Assembly: GCA_035500975.1 (NCBI GenBank)
Contig: DATJWT010000078.1
Coordinates: 1 to 42,239, forward strand
DNA from: Candidatus Binataceae bacterium
GTDB lineage: Bacteria; Desulfobacterota; Binatia; Binatales; Binataceae
DNA length: 42,239 bases
Reading direction: 5' to 3'
Shown: piece after piece, positions 23,920-34,406 of the stretch
Position numbering within the stretch: the stretch's first letter is position 1
How the letters are laid out: every line of letters begins with the position of its first letter
Program-made: the position numbers and the translations under genes
Notes under the pieces: model-generated
What the model saw: only the letters and a program-made list of their open reading frames with translations
Database searches by the model: none
What the model was told of the DNA's origin: nothing

Positions 23920-24936
23920 TCAGAACTCGGCCTTTAGTCCGCGACTCAGCAATTCCTCGACCATAGCGTTTGGCGCTTGTCCTTCATAGAGGCCGCGGTA
24001 CACGGCTGAAACGATCGGCATTTCGACCTTGAGCCTGGCTGCGAGCGCCCGGACCGAGCGCGCATTTGCGATACCCTCGGCGATCGATTTCCGGCCGGCG
24101 GTCGGCTTGGCATCGTCCAGGTTGGGCCGTTCGCCTCGGGCAAATGCGAGCCCTACCGCGCGATTTCGCGACAGGTCTCCGGTGCAGGTCAAAACCAGGT
24201 CGCCGAGGCCGGCCAAACCCGCGGCGGTTTCCCGCCGTCCTCCAGCCGCTTCGACGAGCCGCATGATCTCCGCCAGCCCGCGCGTGATAAGCGCGGCTCT
24301 CGCACTCGACCCCAATTCGAGACCGTCGCTGACGCCGGCGGCGATCGCTACAACATTCTTTGTGGCTCCGCAGATTTCGACGCCCGCCACGTCGGTGCTC
24401 GAATAGACCCTGAGCGACCGCATCGCGAACAGCTCTTGTATCTGTCTCGCCACTTCTTGTTCGCGTGCGGCCGCTACCAGTGCTGCCGGGCGGCCGCGCG
24501 CGACTTCAGCCGCGAACCCCGGACCCGAGAGGACGGCGATGCGCGAGCTCTGCGGGACGACCTCGGCGATCATCTGCGTCATCGTGCAGAGGGTGTCATT
24601 CTCGATGCCCTTGGTGGCGCTGACGACGATCGCATCGCTACGAAACGCGTCGGCAAGGGGAGCCAGAGAGGCACGTGCATGCGCCGAGGGAATCGCGATA
24701 ACCACTACATCAGCCTTCGCGATCGCGCCCGGCCACTCGTCGGTAGCGCTCAAGCTCTCCGGAAGCGCGATACCCGGCAGGTAGGACGAATTCTCGTGCG
24801 AGGTCTTGATGGAGGAGAGTTGGCTTGCGCGCCGGACGCAGAGCGTGGTTCGCGTACCGCGCCGGGCGAGCATTGCCGCCAGCGCCGTTCCCCATGCGCC
24901 CGCTCCGAGGACCGCGATGGCAACGTTCGATGGCAT
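23920..24936 (-). CDS. gpsA: NAD(P)H-dependent glycerol-3-phosphate dehydrogenase
   Basis: The start was chosen at the internal ATG 24936, giving MPSNVAIAVLGAGAWGTALA (Rossmann fold). GpsA motifs are GLAEI, GDLVLTC..SRN and G. The upstream ORF extension is Arg/Ser-rich and unlikely to be real. Confidence 0.9.
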   Translation of the reverse strand: MPSNVAIAVLGAGAWGTALAAMLARRGTRTTLCVRRASQLSSIKTSHENSSYLPGIALPESLSATDEWPGAIAKADVVVIAIPSAHARASLAPLADAFRSDAIVVSATKGIENDTLCTMTQMIAEVVPQSSRIAVLSGPGFAAEVARGRPAALVAAAREQEVARQIQELFAMRSLRVYSSTDVAGVEICGATKNVVAIAAGVSDGLELGSSARAALITRGLAEIMRLVEAAGGRRETAAGLAGLGDLVLTCTGDLSRNRAVGLAFARGERPNLDDAKPTAGRKSIAEGIANARSVRALAARLKVEMPIVSAVYRGLYEGQAPNAMVEELLSRGLKAEF

Positions 24937-24940
24937 GGTT

Positions 24941-25561
24941 TCAAACGACCGGGTGCAGGATGCGATAGAGCGGCTCGAGTTCCCGGAAGGCATCGAGCAG
25001 TTCCGCGCGATCGAGATGTAGCGCATCGGCCTGCGTCCATCCGAAGCCCAGGTCGATACCGCCGGTTTTTTTCCTTAGCGACTTTCCGAGTTCGCCAAAG
25101 AGTTCTGTGCTTGCAGGGACTTCGGCTGGAAGCATCGCGAAATCCCAATGGTCGTAGCGCGCGATCTTCGTTCCCCGAAGCGACTTCTCCAGTTCGGCCG
25201 CCCGCGCTTCGATTTCGTCGGCCATCGCGAGCCGCCCGTCCGCTTCCGACTTTACGACCGCCCGCGCATGAAGGCCTGCGGCGGAGATGCAGAGCGCGAG
25301 ATATCCGTAACGCTTGTAGCCGCGCGGCGATGGTCCGAATGCCGTCCAGGTTTCCGGAGGAGGGTTGACGGTACGGCGCGCATGCTTCGCGACATGGGGG
25401 AAGAACTCCATGTGCAGCTGGCGTCCCAGTTCGGGTGCGAGCTGATCGCCGAGCCTGACCAGCCTCGGACGGATACGCGCATAGATTTCATTCATCCGCG
25501 CGCTAAAGCCGCCGATTCTGAAGACCTGGAAGTCTTCGCGCGCAAACCCGACCCTGCTCAT
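24941..25561 (-). CDS. DUF1054 / YktB (UPF0637) family protein
   Basis: The ATG at 25561 overlaps the upstream gene's stop (ATGA). FQVFRIGGFSARM...IRPRL...LAPEL...FPHVAKHARRTVNPPPETW closely mirrors the B. subtilis YktB pattern as I recall it. Confidence 0.75.
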   Translation of the reverse strand: MSRVGFAREDFQVFRIGGFSARMNEIYARIRPRLVRLGDQLAPELGRQLHMEFFPHVAKHARRTVNPPPETWTAFGPSPRGYKRYGYLALCISAAGLHARAVVKSEADGRLAMADEIEARAAELEKSLRGTKIARYDHWDFAMLPAEVPASTELFGELGKSLRKKTGGIDLGFGWTQADALHLDRAELLDAFRELEPLYRILHPVV

Positions 25562-25980
25562 GCGCGTTTCTGCTTGCCGCCGCGCCCGGAACGCTCGAGT
25601 TTCTTCAGAGCGGTTTCCCAATTCTGTCCATCGAACTTGCGCAGCTTGAATTTCGCAAGCTCCACACCTTCCAGGCATCGCACGTTGACGTCGATTTTGT
25701 CGGGATCCGAACGTGCGATGTAGAAGGACGCGACTCCGCAAGTGGGGCAGAAGTGATGCTGTGCGGCGCCCGTGTTGAAGCGATAGGTCGCCAGGTTTTC
25801 GGCCGGCGTCAGCAGACGAAAGGATTCGCGCGGCACGATCCAGTGAACATACGCCTTTTTGGCGCAGATCGAGCAGTTGCACTCCGAGATATCGTCGATC
25901 ACTCCCTTCACTTCGTATGCGACCCCGCCGCAATGACATCCGCCTCGATAGGTCTTTGGTTCTTTCCGTGATTTGGTCAT
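25558..25980 (-). CDS. GFA (glutathione-dependent formaldehyde-activating / CENP-V-like) family zinc protein
   Basis: 140 aa with GGCHCGGV ... CNCSIC ... FCPTCG cysteine motifs characteristic of the GFA family. Confidence 0.85.
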   Translation of the reverse strand: MTKSRKEPKTYRGGCHCGGVAYEVKGVIDDISECNCSICAKKAYVHWIVPRESFRLLTPAENLATYRFNTGAAQHHFCPTCGVASFYIARSDPDKIDVNVRCLEGVELAKFKLRKFDGQNWETALKKLERSGRGGKQKRA

Positions 25981-26038
25981 GGCCCCAGGTCTTTGCTCGT
26001 ATCATGACGATCGCGATGGCACCAAGGCGCGGTCGCGA

Positions 26039-26578
26039 TCAGGGTTGCGTCAAATCGGACCTCGATATTCGCATCAGGTATTCGGGTGCACGTTCGCGCG
26101 GAATTTGAACGGTTTTCCAGTAGCGAAAGCCAACCTTCTCGTAGCAACGGATAGCGCGTTGATTTTTGATTTCCGGACCCAGGATGCATTCATCGATCGA
26201 TTCGTCGGCGAAGACGATCGTGCGAAGGAATTCGGTCAACACGCCTGAGCCGGTTCCGTGACTAATTTGGGTTGCGTCGCCGATAAAGAGATCGACGCCC
26301 GCCGCATTCTCGCCGGCGGCGACCTGCGCGGCGTATTCCGGGTAGTCGGCGATTCGATAGGTCTGGATGTAACCGATCGGATGCGCGTCGCATTCGATCA
26401 CGAAGCTGCGAGTCGGTTCTTCACCCGCGATACGCTTGGCATATTTGCGCGATACGTCTTCGAGCGTTGGCATGGCGTCCCACCACTCGGCTACGTGAGG
26501 CGTGTTAATCCACGCATGCATCATCGGCAGGTCTTCCGTCACCAGCGGCCGAAAAGTTATTGCGCGTGCGCTTGTCAT
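26039..26578 (-). CDS. GNAT acetyltransferase of the AAC(6')-Ib / Acetyltransf_8 type
   Basis: The start was chosen at the internal ATG 26578. FRPLVTEDLPMMHAWINTPHVAEWW, PTLEDVSRKY, HPIGYIQTY and NQRAIRCYEKVGF parallel the AAC(6')-Ib blocks LRLMTEHDLAMLYEWLNRSHIVEWW, PTLADVQEQY, EPIGYAQSY and NLRAIRCYEKAGF as I recall them. Confidence 0.72.
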   Translation of the reverse strand: MTSARAITFRPLVTEDLPMMHAWINTPHVAEWWDAMPTLEDVSRKYAKRIAGEEPTRSFVIECDAHPIGYIQTYRIADYPEYAAQVAAGENAAGVDLFIGDATQISHGTGSGVLTEFLRTIVFADESIDECILGPEIKNQRAIRCYEKVGFRYWKTVQIPRERAPEYLMRISRSDLTQP

Positions 26579-26890
26579 GTCGTTTTTAAACGCTTGTTTA
26601 CTACCCGACCGAAAAATTTCGGGCGTCGGGCATTGGATCATTTCAAATGAAGCCGTCGGAGCACCATGAGGCCAAAGGAAAGTATTGGCCGGAGGACCAC
26701 GGCCATCAAAATAACGCTCGTTATATTATCCGCGCATGTGTTTGCCGGTGCGATGGCGGCGCTCGCGATGGCGCAGAATCCGCAAGGCATCCGGGTGTGC
26801 CCGAAGAGTTCGATGGGTCGCCCGGGTAATTCAGTCCCTCCGGTCTGAGCGGCCCTTGTTTTCCCGCCTCTTCGATGGCTCTACTGGCTC

Positions 26891-27868
26891 ATGGCGCTTG
26901 GCATCCTCACCGCGACTTTTGACCAGACCCTCGCGCAACATGGCGTGCGCGTGCTCGCGCGCGAGGTTCCCCATACCTTGCAGGTGAACGTGGGCAAGCT
27001 CTGCAACCAGGCTTGCCACCATTGCCACGTCGATGCCGGACCCAGGCGGGTGGAGCAGATGGCGCGATCGACGGCAGAGCGTGTTATCGAGTTACTTGCG
27101 GGAAGCCGATCGATCTCGACGCTCGATATCACCGGTGGCGCGCCCGAACTCAACGCCAACTTCGCGATGCTCGTGGAAGGCGCGCACGAACTCGACCGCC
27201 GCGTGATGGTGCGCTGTAATCTAACCGTCATCCTGGTTGAAGGGATGGGGTGGCTGGTGGATTTCTATCGCCGCAATCGCGTCGAGTTGGTCTGCTCGCT
27301 GCCCTGCTACACGGCGGAAAATGTCAATCGACAGCGCGGCAACGGCGTTTTCGACAAGAGCATCGAGGCCCTCCGTATGCTCAACGCGGTCGGTTACGGA
27401 CGTGGCGAGCTGCCGCTTGCGCTCGTTTACAATCCCGTGGGCCCGTCGTTGGCGCCCGATCAGGCCGAGTTGGAGGCGCGCTACCGGCAGGAACTTTCAG
27501 GCAATTTTGGAATCACCTTCGATAAGCTGCTGACGCTCAACAACATGCCGATCAACCGTTTTGCCGCCCAGCTCGAGAGGGAAGACAGGCAGCCGGAGTA
27601 CATGGGTCTGCTCGTCAATCATTTCAATCCGGCGACGGTGAACGGGTTGATGTGCCGTACGCTCGTGAGCGTCGGGTGGCAAGGCGATCTCTACGACTGC
27701 GATTTCAATCAGATGCTCGCGATCCCGCTGGAACGTGATGGGCGGGCGCTGACTATCTACGACCTCGACGATCTTGCGACGCTTGCCGGCACCCGCATCG
27801 CGACCGCACCGCACTGTTTCGGGTGCACCGCCGGCGCCGGCTCCAGCTGCGGCGGCGCGATCGCATAG
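26891..27868 (+). CDS. arsS: Radical SAM/Cys-rich domain protein (ArsS-like, arsenosugar-type)
   Basis: 325 aa with LQVNVGKLCNQACHHCHVDAGP (a CxxxCxxC radical SAM cluster in the ArsS-type context) and the C-terminal CFGCTAGAGSSCGG motif. Confidence 0.72.
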   Translation: MALGILTATFDQTLAQHGVRVLAREVPHTLQVNVGKLCNQACHHCHVDAGPRRVEQMARSTAERVIELLAGSRSISTLDITGGAPELNANFAMLVEGAHELDRRVMVRCNLTVILVEGMGWLVDFYRRNRVELVCSLPCYTAENVNRQRGNGVFDKSIEALRMLNAVGYGRGELPLALVYNPVGPSLAPDQAELEARYRQELSGNFGITFDKLLTLNNMPINRFAAQLEREDRQPEYMGLLVNHFNPATVNGLMCRTLVSVGWQGDLYDCDFNQMLAIPLERDGRALTIYDLDDLATLAGTRIATAPHCFGCTAGAGSSCGGAIA

Positions 27869-27943
27869 TTCAAGCAGCTTTGGACAGCGCCCTCTGCGGG
27901 CGCTAGGTTGTCCCCGGACCTCTAGAACAAGGAAGCACAGACG

Positions 27944-29101
27944 ATGGCTGTCAAGATTGAAGGAACCTGCGATTCGAACTTCAACCGCGTGCGCGATGCG
28001 TTTGCGGCCAACTTCGATAGATTTGATGAGGTCGGCGCGGCGGTAGCCGTGATCATCGACGGCAAGCCGGTCGTAGATCTTTGGGCCGGTCACGCCGACC
28101 AGAAGCGTACTCGTCCGTGGACGCGCGATACCCTGGTCAACGTCTACTCAACCACCAAGGGTCTAGCCGCGACCTGCGCACATCGCCTGGTCGACCAGGG
28201 CAAGCTCGACCTCGATGCGCCGGTGGCGCGCTATTGGCCCGAGTTTGCGCAGGCCGGAAAAGAGAAGGTTCCCGTGCGATTCCTCCTGAGCCATCGCGTC
28301 GGATTGCCCGCGGTCCGCAAGCGATTGCCGCGCGAAGCATTCTTTCAGTGGGACACGATGTGCGCGGCGCTTGCGGCGCAGGAGCCGTGGTGGGAGCCGG
28401 GTACGAATTTCGGCTATCACCCGATCACCTTCGCGTGGCTGGTGGGTGAAGTGGTTCGGCGGGCGAGCGGCAAAACCCTCGGCAACTATTTCCGCGAACA
28501 GATCGCACAGCCACTGGGACTCGATGCGCATATCGGGCTCGATGCGAAGCACGATGCACGCACCGCGGACATCATCGGTCCGCCGCCGCCCAAGCCGGGC
28601 GAGCCGAACCAGATGGCGGAGATGCTCGCCGATCCTGAATCGATGAGCGCGAAGTCGATCACCAACCCACCCATCAATGTCGTGACCGACGTGAACAGCC
28701 GCGAATGGCGCGCGATGGAACTGCCATCGGCGAACGGGCACGCCACCGCGCGAGCGGTCGCGCGGATGTATGCGGCCCTTTCGCGCGGCGGCGAAATAGA
28801 CGGTTACCGCGTCCTTACGCCCGAAAGCATCGTGCGCTGCTACACCGAGCAATCGGAGGGCATCGATATGACGATGAAGGTGCATGGGCGCGTCGGGCTC
28901 GGCTTCATGCTCAACTCGCCGGAAATTCCGATGGGCCCGAATCCGCATCCATTCGGTCATCCCGGCGCTGGCGGTTCCATTGGCTTTGCAGATCCCGAAG
29001 CGAAAGTCGGGTTCGGGTATGTAATGAACCAGATGAGCCCGGCGCCGCCGTTGGACCCGCGTCCGCGAGCTATCGTCAAAGAGCTCTACGCCAGTTTGTG
29101 A
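27944..29101 (+). CDS. Serine hydrolase, beta-lactamase (class C / EstB-like esterase) family
   Basis: 385 aa with an SxxK nucleophile motif (YSTTKGLAA), a YH-type segment (FGYHPITF) and a C-terminal HPGAGGSIGFADPE motif. Confidence 0.85.
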   Translation: MAVKIEGTCDSNFNRVRDAFAANFDRFDEVGAAVAVIIDGKPVVDLWAGHADQKRTRPWTRDTLVNVYSTTKGLAATCAHRLVDQGKLDLDAPVARYWPEFAQAGKEKVPVRFLLSHRVGLPAVRKRLPREAFFQWDTMCAALAAQEPWWEPGTNFGYHPITFAWLVGEVVRRASGKTLGNYFREQIAQPLGLDAHIGLDAKHDARTADIIGPPPPKPGEPNQMAEMLADPESMSAKSITNPPINVVTDVNSREWRAMELPSANGHATARAVARMYAALSRGGEIDGYRVLTPESIVRCYTEQSEGIDMTMKVHGRVGLGFMLNSPEIPMGPNPHPFGHPGAGGSIGFADPEAKVGFGYVMNQMSPAPPLDPRPRAIVKELYASL

Positions 29102-29122
29102 AGCGGATCCGGAGAGAAGCGA

Positions 29123-30022
29123 CTAGAGGCCGGCGCTGTGCTGCAGGGCCCAACGCAGCTTGAAGAAATGCGTCATCGAGGCCAGGTAACGCACGCGCCA
29201 GGCGGCCGAGAGTCGCGACAGGTCGAGACTGTAGCGCGGACCGATCATGCGATACGCGCCGCGGATTCGCGTTAGCAGCTCGTGCGGAGCCGGCGCTTTC
29301 GAGCCCGGAACGGGACCCTGGATTTCCTTGAACATCTCGCGGCTGTAGGCGGCCAGCGCAACCAGGCTGTCCGCAAACAGCTCGTCTTCTTCATGAAAGT
29401 GCTTGGAGAAGGTGCCTTCCATGAAAGCGACCAGCGAAGCCTTCTCGCCTTTCAGTGAACCGTAGATGTAGTGACCGAGTTCATGACCGAGCGTCGCGGC
29501 GGCGGCACCCGGGTGGTGCGCGGTGTTCACGAAGATGACGAACTTGGCGCTTTGGCCGATGGTGGTGCGGCAGAAGAATCCCCGCAGCGCCAGGCCTGCA
29601 CCCTCCGTGTACGGCTCGGCGCGCAGCTCTATTTCGCGCGGGCCGAAGCGGCGAAAGAGCCGACTCAGCACTTCCGGGCTGTCCAAGGTTTTCCAACGCC
29701 CGTCGTGCGTGGTGATTTCGCTGTCCACGACCTGCGCCAGCTCGTGGAGCAGCGGCTTGGGCGGGAGCGCGATGTCTTCCAGATAGTCGGTCGAGAGAAT
29801 CTTCTTGAGGTCCGCAAGGTGATTCAGGACCCGCTTGCCCATCGAGTCGAACGGCACCTGGACTTCGCTCAAAAGTTTGGAGACGAGTTCATCAACCTGG
29901 CGCGCCGCGAGCGCGTCGGGCGGCCGCCGCGCGGGACGCGGCGGAGCCTGAGGAGCAACCGGAGGCGGGAAGGCGACAGTCATTGTCTCATCCGAACCGC
30001 TTGCCAGCGGAAGTTTGCTCAA
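29123..30022 (-). CDS. Hypothetical HExxH metallopeptidase, ImmA/IrrE (DUF955)-like
   Basis: 299 aa with a Pro/Ala-rich N-terminus. ATLGHELGHYIYG is followed about 30 aa later by EEDELFADSLVALAAY, which resembles the E..AN.FA motif of COG2856 peptidases. Confidence 0.45.
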   Translation of the reverse strand: MSKLPLASGSDETMTVAFPPPVAPQAPPRPARRPPDALAARQVDELVSKLLSEVQVPFDSMGKRVLNHLADLKKILSTDYLEDIALPPKPLLHELAQVVDSEITTHDGRWKTLDSPEVLSRLFRRFGPREIELRAEPYTEGAGLALRGFFCRTTIGQSAKFVIFVNTAHHPGAAAATLGHELGHYIYGSLKGEKASLVAFMEGTFSKHFHEEDELFADSLVALAAYSREMFKEIQGPVPGSKAPAPHELLTRIRGAYRMIGPRYSLDLSRLSAAWRVRYLASMTHFFKLRWALQHSAGL

Positions 30023-30203
30023 CCTCCGCTGTCGCGCGCAGTATCAGGCCTAGTGTTCCCATAGCTCATTGTGGCTTTTTTATCCAGACCGGCGGTTCAG
30101 TTGCCTCCCCTTGATACAGTTTCAAGGCAAAAGGTGGGTGGTTTTTAGTACCAAATTCCTCAGGTTTTCCTGCGGCGGATGTTCGCAGCGGGAGCGGGCT
30201 CTT

Positions 30204-30734
30204 TCAACCCTTTCCGGTCCGCTCGATCCCTTCGGTGATCAATTTTCTGGCCGCCGCCCGATTGACCCATCCGACCACCTTTACCCACTTCCCCTCCTCC
30301 AGCTCCTTGTAGTGACGGAAGAAGTGATCGATCTGGTCGCGCATGATTTGCGGAAGGTCATCCAACTCGGCGACTGAGTCGTAATACGGATTCAGCTCAT
30401 CGACGGGCACCGCCAGGATCTTCTCGTCTACGCCGTGCTCGTCCTCCATCAGGAGCGCGCCCACCGGACGGCATCGGATGACCGCGCCCGGGGCCACGGG
30501 CACCTGCGACAGCACCATCGCGTCGCAGGGATCGCCGTCCTCCGAAAGCGTGTTCGGGATGAAGCCGTAGTTGGCAGGGTAGTACATGGCGGTATGCAGG
30601 AATCGATTCACAAACAACGCACCCGAAGCCTTATCGAGCTCGTACTTGATCGGAACACCGCCTTGCGGGATTTCCACCAGCACGTGGATTTCATCGGGCG
30701 GATTGCGGCCGGGCGTGATTTTGCTGACGTCCAT
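30204..30734 (-). CDS. ppa: Inorganic pyrophosphatase (family I)
   Basis: The start was chosen at the internal ATG 30734 (MDVSKITPGRNPPDEIHVLVEIPQGG). Motifs are KYELDK, YPANYGFIP.T...DGDPCD and DxKI.AVP. Confidence 0.92.
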   Translation of the reverse strand: MDVSKITPGRNPPDEIHVLVEIPQGGVPIKYELDKASGALFVNRFLHTAMYYPANYGFIPNTLSEDGDPCDAMVLSQVPVAPGAVIRCRPVGALLMEDEHGVDEKILAVPVDELNPYYDSVAELDDLPQIMRDQIDHFFRHYKELEEGKWVKVVGWVNRAAARKLITEGIERTGKG

Positions 30735-31085
30735 CGATGTGTGTTTCCGAAGTTGCAACCAATAGAGCATGGGGTAGTGGCTCAGGCTACCGGAAAGGTT
30801 ATCGGAGGAGGGTCGGGCGACTTGCTCACGGCGTGTCGAGGCGGCTTCGGACAATGGACACGGCGTTGATCGTCACGACTGAAACCCAGCTCTTGCGGCG
30901 CATCCGCTTGAGTCGTACTGGGAATGCATCGTGGTTATCTTTGAGGGTAAGGGGGATGGCGCCCGGACCGGGCGACGGGACATTTAACGAACGAAAACCG
31001 GCCAACCTCTTGATCCTCGCCGTCCTTTGGCGATTACTTGTCTGTTGCCGGAGTTTTTTCCGGCGGTCCGTGTCGGAGGGTATAG

Positions 31086-33053
<1,968 letters not shown>

Positions 33054-33078
33054 GCCCGCGTGCGCCGTGGGCCGCGCT

Positions 33079-33399
33079 CTATCGGCCCGAGCGGGTTGCC
33101 TGCACCCTGGTGGCGACGCCGGCAGCGTAGGTAACGATCACCCTCTCTCCCCGCCTGAGTTGGTGAATATCGACGTCGTCGCCGGCGCTCAACTCGACAG
33201 TCTTGCCGGAACCGAAGGGCTTCACTGAGAAGGTCTTTGCCTTGGTGTCGAGCCGCACGATTCTGCCCGCCACGGCAGGGACCGACGGAGTCGCGGCGGC
33301 TTTGGGAGTGGGCGAGGCGATCGTCAGCGGGATGGATTGGGCCAACGAAGAAGTGGCCGCAAGCAATGTCGCGACGGCTAGCGCAGCGTGAAATCTCAT
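33079..33399 (-). CDS. Small secreted hypothetical protein
   Basis: The start was chosen at ATG 33399, after a GGAAAGGAA RBS. The signal peptide is MRFHAALAVATLLAATSSLAQS. The mature part is short and beta-rich. No family was recognised. Confidence 0.5.
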   Translation of the reverse strand: MRFHAALAVATLLAATSSLAQSIPLTIASPTPKAAATPSVPAVAGRIVRLDTKAKTFSVKPFGSGKTVELSAGDDVDIHQLRRGERVIVTYAAGVATRVQATRSGR

Positions 33400-33494
33400 C
33401 CCTTGGCTGTTCCTTTCCGGAGGTATTTTATAGGGATTTGAAGCGTCGATCATCGGAGGGTGCGCGATTTGTGGGAACGTTCAGGGCGCAGTGC

Positions 33495-34397
33495 TCAGAC
33501 TCCGATTTCGCCGAAGAACGACTTCACCGCATCGAGCAAGCCCCGCGGATTGTCGCCTTGTACGTTGTGCCCGGCGTTTTCCACGCGGACCCAGCGCGCG
33601 TGGGGGAGACTGCGTGCGAATCTATCCGCGCCTTCATCGCTGAGGATGTCGCTGCGGGCGCCGCGCACGATGAGCACCGGGCACGTGATCCTGGTTATCT
33701 CCGCGGCGAGCCGAGCGCGCTGCTCAATACCCCGGGAATCGGACTCCGCGTTTCGGCGCTGGTCGTGCTTGAGCGTCCATTTTCCGTTCGGCAGCCGGCG
33801 CAGATTGTAGAACAGGCTGCGGCGAAGCACTTCGGGGTCGCGCAGCGGATTGAACTTGACCGCACGCTCGAGGAACTCTTCGAGCGAGTCGAGCTGCGGC
33901 GTGCTCGAAAAGTCGCGGATTCGCTGCGCGCCCGCGGGATTGACCTCAGGGCCCACATCGACGATAACCAGTCCCTTCAGAAGATCGCTATGGCGGGTCG
34001 CATATGCGATCGCATTGAGACCGCCCATCGATTGACCGATCAGCACGGGCTCTTCGAGCGCGAGCAAATCGACAAAGCCCTCGACGTCACGAACCTGGGT
34101 CTCCACGCCGTAATCGATCGCCGGCGACCACTCGCTGTCGCCGTGCCCACGCTGATCGAGCGCAATGCAGCGATAGTGCTCGCGCATCATCAGTGCGACG
34201 ACGTCCCAGGTGTGAGCGTTGAGTCCTCCGCCATGGAGAAACAAAACCGGGTGGCCCTTGCCGCCCCAGTCCAGGTAGTGGAAGCGCATCGCACCGACGA
34301 TGGCCTGGTGATCCTTGGGAAGAACGAAATCAGCTGCATCGAGTCCGGCCACCTGGACGGCGTGACGCAGCATCCGGATTTCGTCGTCGGTGTTCAT
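33495..34397 (-). CDS. Alpha/beta-fold hydrolase
   Basis: 300 aa with an HGGG oxyanion-type motif (LFLHGGGLNAHTW), the nucleophile elbow GQSMGG and a C-terminal AGHNV histidine. It lies 9 nt downstream of the sigma-54 activator gene. Confidence 0.85.
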   Translation of the reverse strand: MNTDDEIRMLRHAVQVAGLDAADFVLPKDHQAIVGAMRFHYLDWGGKGHPVLFLHGGGLNAHTWDVVALMMREHYRCIALDQRGHGDSEWSPAIDYGVETQVRDVEGFVDLLALEEPVLIGQSMGGLNAIAYATRHSDLLKGLVIVDVGPEVNPAGAQRIRDFSSTPQLDSLEEFLERAVKFNPLRDPEVLRRSLFYNLRRLPNGKWTLKHDQRRNAESDSRGIEQRARLAAEITRITCPVLIVRGARSDILSDEGADRFARSLPHARWVRVENAGHNVQGDNPRGLLDAVKSFFGEIGV

Positions 34398-34406
34398 GAA
34401 GGCGGT

